The notes under the pieces are model-generated. The model was not told the origin of the DNA and made no database searches. It was given only the letters and a program-made list of their open reading frames with translations. From assembly GCA_039811685.1 (NCBI GenBank), contig JBDHZC010000009.1, positions 32,001 through 96,000 of the forward strand: DNA of 64,000 bases. The letters run 5' to 3'. Below, piece after piece: positions 50,401 through 59,887 of the stretch. Origin of the DNA: Armatimonadota bacterium. Its GTDB lineage: Bacteria > Armatimonadota > UBA5829 > DSUL01. Position 1 is the first letter of the stretch. Each line of letters begins with the position of its first letter. The translations under genes and the position numbers were made by a program.

Positions 50401-50964
50401 ATGCTGGATCCGAAAATTGATTCGTTCCTGAAGGAGCTGGAGGGCTTTGCCCGTGAGAATGACCGGATGTGGAACATCCCGCCGGAGACCGGACGATTCC
50501 TGCACATGCTCGTGCGGGCGACCAACGCCCAGAGCGCTCTTGAAGTCGGGATGTCCAACGGCTATTCGGGTATCTGGATAGCTTCGGCGCTGCGCAGCAC
50601 TGGCGGTCACCTGACCACGCTGGAAGCTGACCCGTGGAAAGTGGAGCTTGCGACAGAGAACTTCGCAAAGGCGGGTTTGCAGGACATCATCACGATCGTG
50701 GAGGGCGATGCGCGGGAGAATCTCGGCAGTCTCGAGGGCGTCTTTGATTTTGCGTTTGTCGATGCGACGAAAGATCAGTACCTCACCTACCTCAAGCTCA
50801 TAGAGCCGAAGATGGCGCCCAATTCCCTGATTTTCGCCGACAACGCTATCAGCCACGGCGCCAGTATGCAGGACTACTTTGATCACATCCAGAGCTCAAG
50901 CGGCCTGGAAGGTGTCATGGTTCCCATCGGCACAGGCGTCATGATGGCGCTGAAAGACGCGTGA
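50401..50964 (+). CDS. SAM-dependent O-methyltransferase (family 3)
   Basis: LEVGMSNGYS, FDFAFVDATK, ADN. Confidence 0.9.
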   Translation: MLDPKIDSFLKELEGFARENDRMWNIPPETGRFLHMLVRATNAQSALEVGMSNGYSGIWIASALRSTGGHLTTLEADPWKVELATENFAKAGLQDIITIVEGDARENLGSLEGVFDFAFVDATKDQYLTYLKLIEPKMAPNSLIFADNAISHGASMQDYFDHIQSSSGLEGVMVPIGTGVMMALKDA

Positions 50965-52136
50965 GCCCGGCGAGAGTGCCGGAGGTCTGCGGAATCATCG
51001 TGGCTGCGGGGCAGTCATCGCGCTTTGGCGGGCGTGCGAAAGTGCTGGCGGCTCTTCTGGGACATCCGGTGCTGGAGTGGTCTATCCGGGCGCATGCCGC
51101 CTGCGAGGCGGTCCGGCAGATAGTTGTCGTAGGGCAGCGTGAGCATCGCGCCGAGATCGAGCTGATGCTTCAGGAGTGCGGCGCAGGCGGCAAGGCTTCG
51201 GTCTTTGCTGAAGGCGGCGCAGACCGGCAGGCATCTGTGCGCAGCGGACTGGCACACGCGCGCGGAGATCTGGATCTGATTTCAATTCATGACGGGGCCC
51301 GCCCGGGTGTAAGCGCGTCTTTGATTGAACAGGTAGCGGCGCAGGCAGAGGTGAGCGGCGCGGCTGTGGCGGCCCAGAGGGTGCACGATACGGTGAAGCG
51401 GTGCACGACCGACGGGGTGGTGGAGGAGACGCTGGATCGGTCGCGGCTGTGGCGCATTGCGACACCTCAGATTTTCCGCCGGGAGCTGATTGTCCGGGCG
51501 CATGAGGATTCCTCTGAGGCGGCAACCGACGATGCGGCTCTAGTGGAGCGCAGCGGGCACAGAGTCAGTGTAGTGGAAGCGGATGAGCGGATTGGAAAGA
51601 TTACGACGGCTCTGGATCTGCGCGCGCTGGAAGGGATGCTGGGAGGCGAGAGCATGCGCGTTGGCTTTGGTTACGATATTCACAGGACTGATCCGTCACG
51701 CTCGCTTTTTCTCGGAGGTGTGCATTTTCCAGAAGGGCCCGGCCTCAGCGGGCACTCAGATGCGGACGTGGTGTGTCATGCGGTGGCGGATGGGCTTCTG
51801 GGCGCCGCAGCGCTGGGTGATATCGGACGCCACTTTCCCAACACAGACCCGCGCTATGCCGGTATTTCCAGTCTGGAGCTGCTCAGGGAGGTTGCCGCCA
51901 GACTGAGAGAGGCTGGAGCTCGAGTCATAAACGTGGACGCGGTGCTGATTGCGGAGCGGCCAAAAATAGCGGACAGGGTGGATGAAATGCGCGCGCGCAT
52001 GGGGCAGGCGCTTGGAGTGGACGTTGAGAGGATCAGCGTCAAGGCGACAACGGCGGAGAAGACAGGGCCGGCCGGGCGCGGAGAGTGTATGGAGGCGCAT
52101 GCGGTAGCTCAGATTGCATTGTGTTCCGCGCGGTGA
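50961..52136 (+). CDS. ispDF: Bifunctional IspD/IspF (MEP pathway)
   Basis: AAGQSSRF..K, IHDGARP, TPQ.F, TDDA; then RVGFGYDIH, GHSDADV, GDIG.HFP, KATT.E. Confidence 0.94.
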   Translation: MSPARVPEVCGIIVAAGQSSRFGGRAKVLAALLGHPVLEWSIRAHAACEAVRQIVVVGQREHRAEIELMLQECGAGGKASVFAEGGADRQASVRSGLAHARGDLDLISIHDGARPGVSASLIEQVAAQAEVSGAAVAAQRVHDTVKRCTTDGVVEETLDRSRLWRIATPQIFRRELIVRAHEDSSEAATDDAALVERSGHRVSVVEADERIGKITTALDLRALEGMLGGESMRVGFGYDIHRTDPSRSLFLGGVHFPEGPGLSGHSDADVVCHAVADGLLGAAALGDIGRHFPNTDPRYAGISSLELLREVAARLREAGARVINVDAVLIAERPKIADRVDEMRARMGQALGVDVERISVKATTAEKTGPAGRGECMEAHAVAQIALCSAR

Positions 52137-52172
52137 GCCTGCCTGTGCCTCAGTGCGAGGGGGTGGGTTCGT

Positions 52173-52201
52173 TTGACAGCCACCCGGCTATTTGGTACAC
52201 T
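52173..52201 (+). promoter_or_regulatory. Sigma-70 promoter for hpf
   Basis: TTGACA-N17-TACACT. Confidence 0.65.
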
Positions 52202-52240
52202 TTGAGGCGAAGAGAACAGATGGGAGAAACTGCCCGGTCA

Positions 52241-52804
52241 ATGCTGGTAACTGTCAAAGGGAAGAATGTCGAGGTCACCCCGGCCTTGCGAGATTACGCT
52301 GAGAAGAAGCTGTCCAGGCTGTCGAAGTATTTCGGGGAGATAAAAGAAGCGCGGGTCGTGCAGAGTGTCCAGCGCAATCAGCACATTGTCGAGGTGATGC
52401 TGGAGGGCGATGGGGTGCTGCTGCGGGGCGAGGAGCGCGGAGCGGACATGTACGCGGCCGTCGATCTGGTGCTGGAGAAGCTGGAGCATCGCGTGAAGAA
52501 GTTCAAGGGCAAGCTCCACAACCGCGCCCACCAGCAGGGGCCGCGCGAGAAGGAACACCTCAAGGAACGGACGGTCACGGAGGCGCAGACACCCGAGGGC
52601 GTTGTCCCGGAGGAAGAGTACGAACCCACCATTGCCCGCGTCAAGCGCTTTGCCGCCAAGCCGATGGCGCCAGAGGAAGCGGCCCGGCAGATGGAGCTTC
52701 TGCATCACGACTTTTTCGTTTTTGTTAACTCTGAGTCTTCTGAGGTGAGCGTGGTTTACCGGCGCAAACATGGAGATTACGGTCTCTTGGTGCCGGACTA
52801 CTAG
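52241..52804 (+). CDS. hpf: Ribosome hibernation promoting factor (long HPF)
   Basis: VKGKNVEVTPALRDYAEKKL, DMYAAVD; C-terminal KPM..EEA..QMELL.HDF..VVYRR..GDYGL. Confidence 0.94.
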   Translation: MLVTVKGKNVEVTPALRDYAEKKLSRLSKYFGEIKEARVVQSVQRNQHIVEVMLEGDGVLLRGEERGADMYAAVDLVLEKLEHRVKKFKGKLHNRAHQQGPREKEHLKERTVTEAQTPEGVVPEEEYEPTIARVKRFAAKPMAPEEAARQMELLHHDFFVFVNSESSEVSVVYRRKHGDYGLLVPDY

Positions 52805-52945
52805 TACCGGTTTTGGCGCGGCTATGGCCGCATTGAAACACTGATTCTTGCAGGAGAGTTGTACGGACTACAGTATTATCTGCTCTTGCCGCTGCGTTAG
52901 CGGCTGACCAGGACGCCGGTGTCTGACAGGCAAAACAGGACAAAA

Positions 52946-54616
52946 ATGATAGACACACAGCGCGCTGCTGACGCAGTTTCCCCTCTGGATCGCATCCGGC
53001 AGGCTTACCAGCCTCGTCTTCCTCGCGGGCTAAGCGGATCGATTCGGCTCCATCTGGACCCGGAGCCGCTGGTCTCTGACTACCCGGCTCAGATTCTCGA
53101 GGAGTTTCCGAACTCACTCAACAAGCCGGTGGTCCGCTTTGTGCAGGGCGAAGGCGGCCTCACGACTGAGGCGATTACTGTTGGTGTTGTGTTTTCCGGC
53201 GGACAGGCGCCTGGCGGACACAACGTCATCGCGGGGCTACTGGATGCTTTGAAGAGCGCCAACCCGGAAAGCCGGCTTATCGGGTTTCTCGATGGGCCTA
53301 TCGGCATTGTCAAAGACAACTGGATTGAGCTGACTCCAGAGCTTGTACAGGCGTACCGGAACACGGGCGGGTTCGATATGATCGGCTCGGGGCGTGACAA
53401 GATCGAAAAGGCGGCTGATCTGGCGGCCTGCAAAAAGACTCTGGAAAGCCATAACGCGCGGGGTCTGGTGGTCATCGGCGGGGACGACTCCAACACAAAC
53501 GCCGCCGTGATGGCTGAGTACTTCCTGCAGCAGAAGAGCAGTGTTCAGGTGATTGGCGCTCCAAAGACTATTGACGGGGACCTGAAGAACGATCTGATTG
53601 ACGCGAGTTTTGGCTTTGATACGGCCGCCAAGGTGTATTCCGAGCTGGCTGGTTCTATCTGCCGCGACTCCGCCTCCGCGCGCAAGTACTATCACTTCAT
53701 TCGCTTGATGGGACGCGCCGCCAGCCATGTGACTCTGGAAGTGGCGCTTCAGATTCATCCAAACCTCACAATCATTTCCGAGGAAGCTGAAGCCGCCCAG
53801 TGGACTCTGGAGCAGGTGGTTGATCAGATTGTGGATGTGGTTGTCCGCAGGTCGGCAGCGGGTAAAAACTACGGCGTGATTGTCATTCCGGAAGGTCTGC
53901 TGGAGTTTCTGGCTGATGTTAAGGTGATGATCAGCGAGCTCAGCGACATTCTTGCCGCGGATGAAAGCCACATTAAGACCCTCAAGCGCCGCACAGACCG
54001 CGTGGATTACTTCAACCAAAAGATGTCACCGGCCGCTGCGGCGACCTACGCCTTTCTGCCGGATTCCATCCAGCTTACGCTGCTCAAGCGCGACAAACAC
54101 GGCAACATTCCGCTGTCGCAGGTGGAGACGGAAGAGCTTCTGATGGGTCTGGTGTCACAGAAGCTCAAAGCCCTCAAGAGCGAGGGCAAGTACAGCGGGT
54201 CGTTCTCTCCGCTGGGGCATTTCTTCGGGTATGAGGGACGGTGCGTGCAGCCCTCCAACTTCGACGCGGACTACTGCTATGCGCTGGGGTACACAGGCGC
54301 GCAGCTCATTCGCGGAGGTGTTACGGGCTACACGATCAGCGCACAGAATCTGGCAGCGCCAGTAGAGGACTGGCAAATGGGCGGTGTTCCGGTCACAAGC
54401 ATGCTGGTCATTGAACAGCGCAAGGGCAAGCCAAAGCCAGTCATAAAGAAGACGCTGGTAGATTTGCAGCGTGGGCCGTTCCGCTACTTCGCCAGCCACC
54501 GCGGCGACTGGGTGGAGAAAGACGCTTTTCTGTATCCCGGTCCGATTCAGTACTTTGGGCCGTCAGATGTCTGTGACGCGCGCACCAAGACGCTGGAGCT
54601 GGAAGCCGAAGACTGA
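52946..54616 (+). CDS. pfp: Pyrophosphate-dependent phosphofructokinase (long clade)
   Basis: SGGQAPGGHNV, GGDDSN, PKTIDGD, MGRAASH, GYEGR, PGPIQY. Confidence 0.94.
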   Translation: MIDTQRAADAVSPLDRIRQAYQPRLPRGLSGSIRLHLDPEPLVSDYPAQILEEFPNSLNKPVVRFVQGEGGLTTEAITVGVVFSGGQAPGGHNVIAGLLDALKSANPESRLIGFLDGPIGIVKDNWIELTPELVQAYRNTGGFDMIGSGRDKIEKAADLAACKKTLESHNARGLVVIGGDDSNTNAAVMAEYFLQQKSSVQVIGAPKTIDGDLKNDLIDASFGFDTAAKVYSELAGSICRDSASARKYYHFIRLMGRAASHVTLEVALQIHPNLTIISEEAEAAQWTLEQVVDQIVDVVVRRSAAGKNYGVIVIPEGLLEFLADVKVMISELSDILAADESHIKTLKRRTDRVDYFNQKMSPAAAATYAFLPDSIQLTLLKRDKHGNIPLSQVETEELLMGLVSQKLKALKSEGKYSGSFSPLGHFFGYEGRCVQPSNFDADYCYALGYTGAQLIRGGVTGYTISAQNLAAPVEDWQMGGVPVTSMLVIEQRKGKPKPVIKKTLVDLQRGPFRYFASHRGDWVEKDAFLYPGPIQYFGPSDVCDARTKTLELEAED

Positions 54617-54738
54617 CGAGTCCCCGGACTCCGGACACGCTCTGAACAGATAGCGCACAAAGCCGGCTGAGCCTCGCGCACCGTCAGGGACTGTACTCAG
54701 CCTCGCACTCAAGCACACATAGTCAACACGAGGAACGC

Positions 54739-55722
54739 ATGAAGCTCAACCAGTCGGGAAAATATATTATTGGCGTGGACATCGGCGGTACAAACGTGCG
54801 CGCCGCGGTGACGGACCGGGCGGGCAAGGCTTTCGGTGAGAGCCGCAACAAGACGCTGGCGGACGATGGCCCCAAGGCTGTCCTGGCTCAGATTGTCAAG
54901 ACAGTCCAGGAGGCTATGGCCAGTGGCGAGGTCACGGCGGAGCAGATTACCGGCGTCGGTTGTGGAATGCCTGGAAGGACCAACCGGGAAGGTGTTGTCA
55001 CCTGGTCGCCCAACTTCGTTGACATTGAGGGCTTTGAGCTGGTTGGCGGGCTGAGCAAGGCCCTGAACATGGCCGTGCTGGTGGAAAACGACGTCAATAC
55101 CGCCGCGGTGGGGGAGTTTCGCTTTGGCGCTGGGCAGGGAGTTGACAGCCTCGTTATGCTCACGCTTGGCACGGGCATAGGTGGCGGCATTATCCTGAAC
55201 CGCCAGCTCTGGCGGGGAGCGAATGCGGGCGCGGCGGAGATCGGTCACATGGTGGTCAATCCGGGTGGCCGGAAGTGTGAGTGTGGCAATCACGGATGTC
55301 TGGAAGCGATGGCGCAGCGCGACGCGATCGTGGAGCGCGCGGCTCGCAAGATGCAGGCGGGGATGCCAAGCTCTCTGGCGGAAGAGGCGGACTATCAGGT
55401 GGACAAAATCACTCCTGAGATTATCTCCCGCCATGCCGCCAGCGGCGATGAGCTCTGTCTGGAGACCCTGGCGGAGACCGGTCACTGGGTCGGCATCGGA
55501 ATCGCCAACTGTATCAATCTGCTCAATCCCGATATGGTCATCGTGGGCGGTGGCATCGCTCAGGCGGGTCCGCCGCTCTGGGAGCCGCTAAAGCGCGGAG
55601 TGCGGGCGTATGCCATTCAGGAATCCAGAGTTGTCTGCCAGGTAGTTGAGTCCAAACTGGGTGACGACGCGGGGATTATGGGCGGAGTTGTGCTTGTGCT
55701 GCAGGCGCTGGAGAGAGCGTAA
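54739..55722 (+). CDS. ROK family sugar kinase (glucokinase-like)
   Basis: GVDIGGT, ENDVN, LGTGIGGG, EIGH, CECG..GCLE. Confidence 0.92.
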   Translation: MKLNQSGKYIIGVDIGGTNVRAAVTDRAGKAFGESRNKTLADDGPKAVLAQIVKTVQEAMASGEVTAEQITGVGCGMPGRTNREGVVTWSPNFVDIEGFELVGGLSKALNMAVLVENDVNTAAVGEFRFGAGQGVDSLVMLTLGTGIGGGIILNRQLWRGANAGAAEIGHMVVNPGGRKCECGNHGCLEAMAQRDAIVERAARKMQAGMPSSLAEEADYQVDKITPEIISRHAASGDELCLETLAETGHWVGIGIANCINLLNPDMVIVGGGIAQAGPPLWEPLKRGVRAYAIQESRVVCQVVESKLGDDAGIMGGVVLVLQALERA

Positions 55723-55888
55723 ACTCCAAAAGCTCAGGCTGAGGAGCCGAATCGCAGGCCTTGCGCGTCTCATACAGGGTATCCGTGTGATGTGTCCCTC
55801 AGCAGGTGACTGCAAGTAAGAAACCTGCCAGCAAAACAAGCCTTCAGCGCACTGCCGGGCTGAGGACGAAGGACAGGAGAAAGAAACA

Positions 55889-56848
55889 ATGACCGTTTCG
55901 AAACTGCTGCGAGCTCTTCTGGCGCTTGTTGCGGGAGTGTGCGTAGCGTCCCCGGGGTGTTGTGATTTTACGTTCGTTCAGATCAGTGACATCCACGTGA
56001 CTCCTGAGAAGTCCGAGGTCGGGCAGAATTGGGCCCGCAACCGCGAAGCTTTGATCCGTCAGGTAAACGCGCAGCGGCCGGACTTTGTCATCGTTACGGG
56101 AGATCTCACAGAGACCGGCGCAAGCGCGGATTTCCGGGCGCTGAAGGGCTGGCTGCGCAAGTTTGACGCGCCGGTTTACGTGGTGCCTGGCAACCACGAC
56201 GTCGGCCGCAGAGTCAGCCGCTCCCCCGCTCGCTCCGCCAAGCCTCCTTACACCCGCTCTTTGCTGAATTACGAGCGAGTTTTCGGGCGGTCTTTCTATT
56301 CCTTTGCGCACGAGAACGCCTACTTCATCTTCATGAACTCCGGACTGTTTTCGACGGATAACCCGCGTTACCCGTATCAGCGTATGCGCGAGATGGAAGC
56401 CGCGCAATGGCTGGATTCTGAGCTGCGCTATGCGAACAATGCGGCCTACCCCCTTGTGTTTGTCCTGCAGCACTATCCGCTCAAGGAAACTCAAGGGTTG
56501 GGTGACACGCTGAATCGCGCGGAGGTTTCAGCGCTGATGTTTGGGCATATCCACCGTTTTACAAGTGGCGTGAGAGGCAGGGTACTGACGGTGTCTGTAT
56601 CTTCGTCCAAGGGAGGCGCCGCGCCAAACGCGCTTCCGTGTTTTGCGCTCGTAAAAGTCAGCGGGGACGGCGCTATCTACAACTATATTGCGGCGAACGG
56701 AGAGGTTGTTCGTCCGCCCGTGAGTATCCCGGCGAGGGCTGTCGGTAGCAATACGCTGTGGGACGTGCGAAGCGCGCTCTTTCCCCGGCTTCCGGCTGCG
56801 TCGCTGGAGCGCATACTCCCGGAGCCACGTGAGGGACACAGACTATGA
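55889..56848 (+). CDS. Secreted calcineurin-like metallophosphoesterase
   Basis: SDIH, TGDL, PGNHD, H.P, GHIH. Confidence 0.9.
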   Translation: MTVSKLLRALLALVAGVCVASPGCCDFTFVQISDIHVTPEKSEVGQNWARNREALIRQVNAQRPDFVIVTGDLTETGASADFRALKGWLRKFDAPVYVVPGNHDVGRRVSRSPARSAKPPYTRSLLNYERVFGRSFYSFAHENAYFIFMNSGLFSTDNPRYPYQRMREMEAAQWLDSELRYANNAAYPLVFVLQHYPLKETQGLGDTLNRAEVSALMFGHIHRFTSGVRGRVLTVSVSSSKGGAAPNALPCFALVKVSGDGAIYNYIAANGEVVRPPVSIPARAVGSNTLWDVRSALFPRLPAASLERILPEPREGHRL

Positions 56849-57939
56849 GAAAATGCAGGTGGTCTAGCGCTATCTCGGCCGGGCTGCTGATTGCTGTTGC
56901 TCTTTCGAGCACAGCTTCGGCGACGAAGGTCGTTTTTAACGGAGACGGTGTGGCGGTTGTGGATGGGCGGCCTTTCTTTCCGATTGGCATCTACTGTTAC
57001 AACCTTACCAGCGACATAATGGCTGATTTACACGAGCGGCGCTTCAACACGATAGTCAACATTGTTACGGGATTCGAGGCTTCGCAGCTTGACTTCATTC
57101 ATCAGAATGGGCTGATGAGCGTTGTTCCTTACACTCCGGAGTGGGTGAAGGCCGCCAAAGACCACCCTTCTCTGCTGGCGTACTATCTGACGGATGAGCC
57201 GGAAGGGCACGGCGACGTGGTAGAGAAGGAGCGGGAGAAGTACCTGGAGATGCGCCGGGAAGACCCGAACCATCCGGGCGGGTTGTGTCACTATCTCTTC
57301 GGGGCGATCGAGCGCTTCAAAGACGCATGCGACTTCACGATGAGCGATGTGTATCCTGTGACGGCCAGCCGGGATACGCCGCTGCGAAATGTCGGGGTTC
57401 ACATAGACGAGGCGCACCGCGTACACGGGCGCATGTGGCCGACGTGGGCGTGGATTCAGGTTTTTGGCGGGCCGGATACCGATGGTGGCAAATGGGCGCA
57501 GCCTCTGGCGCAAGAGGTGCGCTGCATGACTTACATCGCTCTGGCGCATGGAGCAACGGGGATTCTCTACTTCTCTTACTGGCCGAAAGCTCCGGAGACT
57601 TGGGGGTCGTTGGGTGAGTTGAACCGGGAGATAGAGGTGATAACTCCCTATCTGGTTGCTCCGGGCAAAGAGAGTGCGGTGTCTTCTGACAAAAATCAGA
57701 TCGAGATGCGGGCTCGCAAGTGCGTGAGTGGAGGGGTTGTCATAGCCGTCAACACTCAGCCAACTTATGTCAGCGCAAAGCTGAAGGTGGACGGTTTGCG
57801 CAACTCTCTGGAAGCGCCCTTTGAGAACCGCGCGCTGGAGACGGAGAACGGGTCCTGGCAGGATCGCTTCGCGCCCCATGAAGCGCATGTGTATGTCTGG
57901 GGAAAGGCTCCGAAAGTTGAGCTGGGAGGGATGAGATGA
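56845..57939 (+). CDS. Secreted glycoside-hydrolase-like TIM-barrel protein
   Basis: DGRPFFPIGIY, FNT, YYLTDEP, DVYP, HGATGILYF. Confidence 0.7.
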   Translation: MRKCRWSSAISAGLLIAVALSSTASATKVVFNGDGVAVVDGRPFFPIGIYCYNLTSDIMADLHERRFNTIVNIVTGFEASQLDFIHQNGLMSVVPYTPEWVKAAKDHPSLLAYYLTDEPEGHGDVVEKEREKYLEMRREDPNHPGGLCHYLFGAIERFKDACDFTMSDVYPVTASRDTPLRNVGVHIDEAHRVHGRMWPTWAWIQVFGGPDTDGGKWAQPLAQEVRCMTYIALAHGATGILYFSYWPKAPETWGSLGELNREIEVITPYLVAPGKESAVSSDKNQIEMRARKCVSGGVVIAVNTQPTYVSAKLKVDGLRNSLEAPFENRALETENGSWQDRFAPHEAHVYVWGKAPKVELGGMR

Positions 57940-58823
57940 AGCTGGCGATGGGTGAGCGTGAGATGGAGCTGGGCGGCCCTTACCTGGGCACGTTGCCGGA
58001 GGCCACACATCTTATGGGAGATGCGGATGCGTTGCGTGAGCAGATGGAGCGTGACGGATTTTTGCTGATCCGCAAGCTGCACGATCCGGAGAAGGTGAAG
58101 GCGGCGCGGCGGCTGGTTCTGGAGAATCTGCGCGACAACGGCCAGCTTGACTCGGAAGCGTCGTTGGAAGAAGGGTTGCTGCGCGAAGGCGGTCGCGGCG
58201 CGTTTCTGGGAGGCTCAAAAGCAGTGACGCACACACCAGAGTTCCTTTCGGTCGTGGAATCTCCGGAGCTGATGCGGTTCTTCAGCGATTTTCTGGGGGC
58301 GCCGGCGCTGACTTTTAGCTACAAATGGCTGCGAGCAGTGGGGCGTGGGGAGTTCACGGGCGCGCACTACGACGTGGTCTATATGGGGCGTGGAACAGCA
58401 CGGCTTTTCACATGCTGGACTCCACTGGGCGATGTGTCTTTTGAAAACAGTCCCCTGGCTATTCTGGAGGGCTCGACGCGCATTGAGCGGCTGAAGCAGA
58501 CGTACGGGCGGATGGACGTGGACAGAGACAACGTCGAAGGGTGGTTTTCCAATGATCCTGTTGAACTGGTCGAAAACTTCGGCGGGCGCTGGCTGACTTC
58601 AGAGTTTGAGATGGGCGATGCTTTGATCTTCGGGATGTATCTGATGCATGGATCGCTGAGGAATATGACGAATCGCGTACGCCTGAGTTGTGACACGCGC
58701 TATCAGAGCGCAAATGAGCCGGCGGATGAGCGCTGGACCGGGGAGAATCCTCTGGCGCACTACGCATGGGGACAAACTGAGATGACTCCAATGGCCGAGG
58801 CGCGCAGACGCTGGGGCGTCTGA
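57936..58823 (+). CDS. Phytanoyl-CoA dioxygenase (PhyH) family Fe(II)/2OG oxygenase
   Basis: AHYD, WTPLGD, GD..IF....HGS, RLSCDTRYQ. Confidence 0.9.
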   Translation: MKLAMGEREMELGGPYLGTLPEATHLMGDADALREQMERDGFLLIRKLHDPEKVKAARRLVLENLRDNGQLDSEASLEEGLLREGGRGAFLGGSKAVTHTPEFLSVVESPELMRFFSDFLGAPALTFSYKWLRAVGRGEFTGAHYDVVYMGRGTARLFTCWTPLGDVSFENSPLAILEGSTRIERLKQTYGRMDVDRDNVEGWFSNDPVELVENFGGRWLTSEFEMGDALIFGMYLMHGSLRNMTNRVRLSCDTRYQSANEPADERWTGENPLAHYAWGQTEMTPMAEARRRWGV

Positions 58824-59050
58824 CGAATCGTCGCTGTCTCTTCAGAAATTCGCCTGTAAGTGCGCGCCAGTCGCTGTCGCGCCTTGAGAAAGACGCGCGC
58901 CGCACACGCCTGTATGCCGTCAATCTTTGCCCGGCCTCGTTAAACAGCGCCTTTTCTGATTCCACTGCCTGCTTACTCCTCACGGTCTAGCGCCGGTTCG
59001 CGCTTCTGATACTCGCACGAATTTAGTTCTTATATTTTTGCATAAAGTAC

Positions 59051-59093
59051 TTGCATTTGCCTAAAACGCCTGTTATGATACGAACAAATGTTC
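59051..59093 (+). promoter_or_regulatory. Sigma-70 promoter with adjacent LexA (SOS) box
   Basis: TTGCAT(59051)-N17-TATGAT(59074) with TG extension; GAAC-AAAT-GTTC at 59082-59093 over the predicted start site. Confidence 0.75.
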
Positions 59094-59112
59094 TGTTCAA
59101 GGAGGGCGAGGA

Positions 59113-59475
59113 GTGGTCCACGGTGCGGCGGTGGCGATCGGTTCTTCGCGCGGGTTGGCGCAGACGCTCTGGCGGCCGGCGCTGGAGGCGGTTGGCTCTG
59201 AGGGCACAGAAGCGCAGACGGGAGTGGCGTATCTGCTGGAGCGCGAGTTTCGCGAAGTGGTGGCGCTGGCGCGGATGAGCTTTCGGGAACGCGAGGCTCT
59301 GGAAATGGCTCGCTGCGGATGGAGTGAGACGGAGATGGGCAGGGCGCTTTCTCTCAGCCGCTCTCAGACGACAGAGTTGCTCTCCAAAGCGCGACGGAAG
59401 CTACAGGCGGCGCGCGAGAGATATCCGTTTGCGGGTCTGTGGGAAGTTTACCGGGATGAAGTAGCGCGGCTGTAG
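59113..59475 (+). CDS. Sigma-70 region-4-like HTH protein, putative late-gene activator
   Basis: MS.REREALEM...GWSETEMGRALSLSRSQ....LSKARRKL; RBS AAGGAGG. Confidence 0.7.
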   Translation: MVHGAAVAIGSSRGLAQTLWRPALEAVGSEGTEAQTGVAYLLEREFREVVALARMSFREREALEMARCGWSETEMGRALSLSRSQTTELLSKARRKLQAARERYPFAGLWEVYRDEVARL

Positions 59476-59506
59476 GCACGGTGGTGGAGGTTGGGCTGAA
59501 GGGACT

Positions 59507-59887
59507 TTGCTGAAGAAAAAACAGAGCCAGGCAGTGGATCTGCTGTTTCTGGGCTCCCCGGAGAAGGTGGCGCAGAAAGTGGGCGTGCGGCACTCGACGC
59601 TGCAACGCTGGCTGGAGGACAGGCGCTTTCAGCAGGCGTTGAAGGCGCGGGCAAAGCAGAAGCGCAGGGCCAGCGAGCGCCTGGCGCTGCAGGCGGTGAT
59701 GATGGCATCGAGCGCTCTTGAGGCGGCTCTTCGAACAGGTGAGGACCGGCCCGTGACGCGAGCGGCTCTGGAGACGTTGAAGATCAGCGGCGTATTGCCG
59801 GGCTGCCTGGAAGCGACGCGGGACAGCGCGGACTCTCTGGCGGATGTGATTGCGCGGGTGAAGGCGGAGATGGATGAGCACGGTTAG
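59507..59887 (+). CDS. Putative terminase small subunit (N-terminal HTH)
   Basis: L.KKQSQAVDLL..G..EKVAQKVGVRHSTLQRWL....F, then helical; overlaps the terL start. Confidence 0.65.
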   Translation: MLKKKQSQAVDLLFLGSPEKVAQKVGVRHSTLQRWLEDRRFQQALKARAKQKRRASERLALQAVMMASSALEAALRTGEDRPVTRAALETLKISGVLPGCLEATRDSADSLADVIARVKAEMDEHG

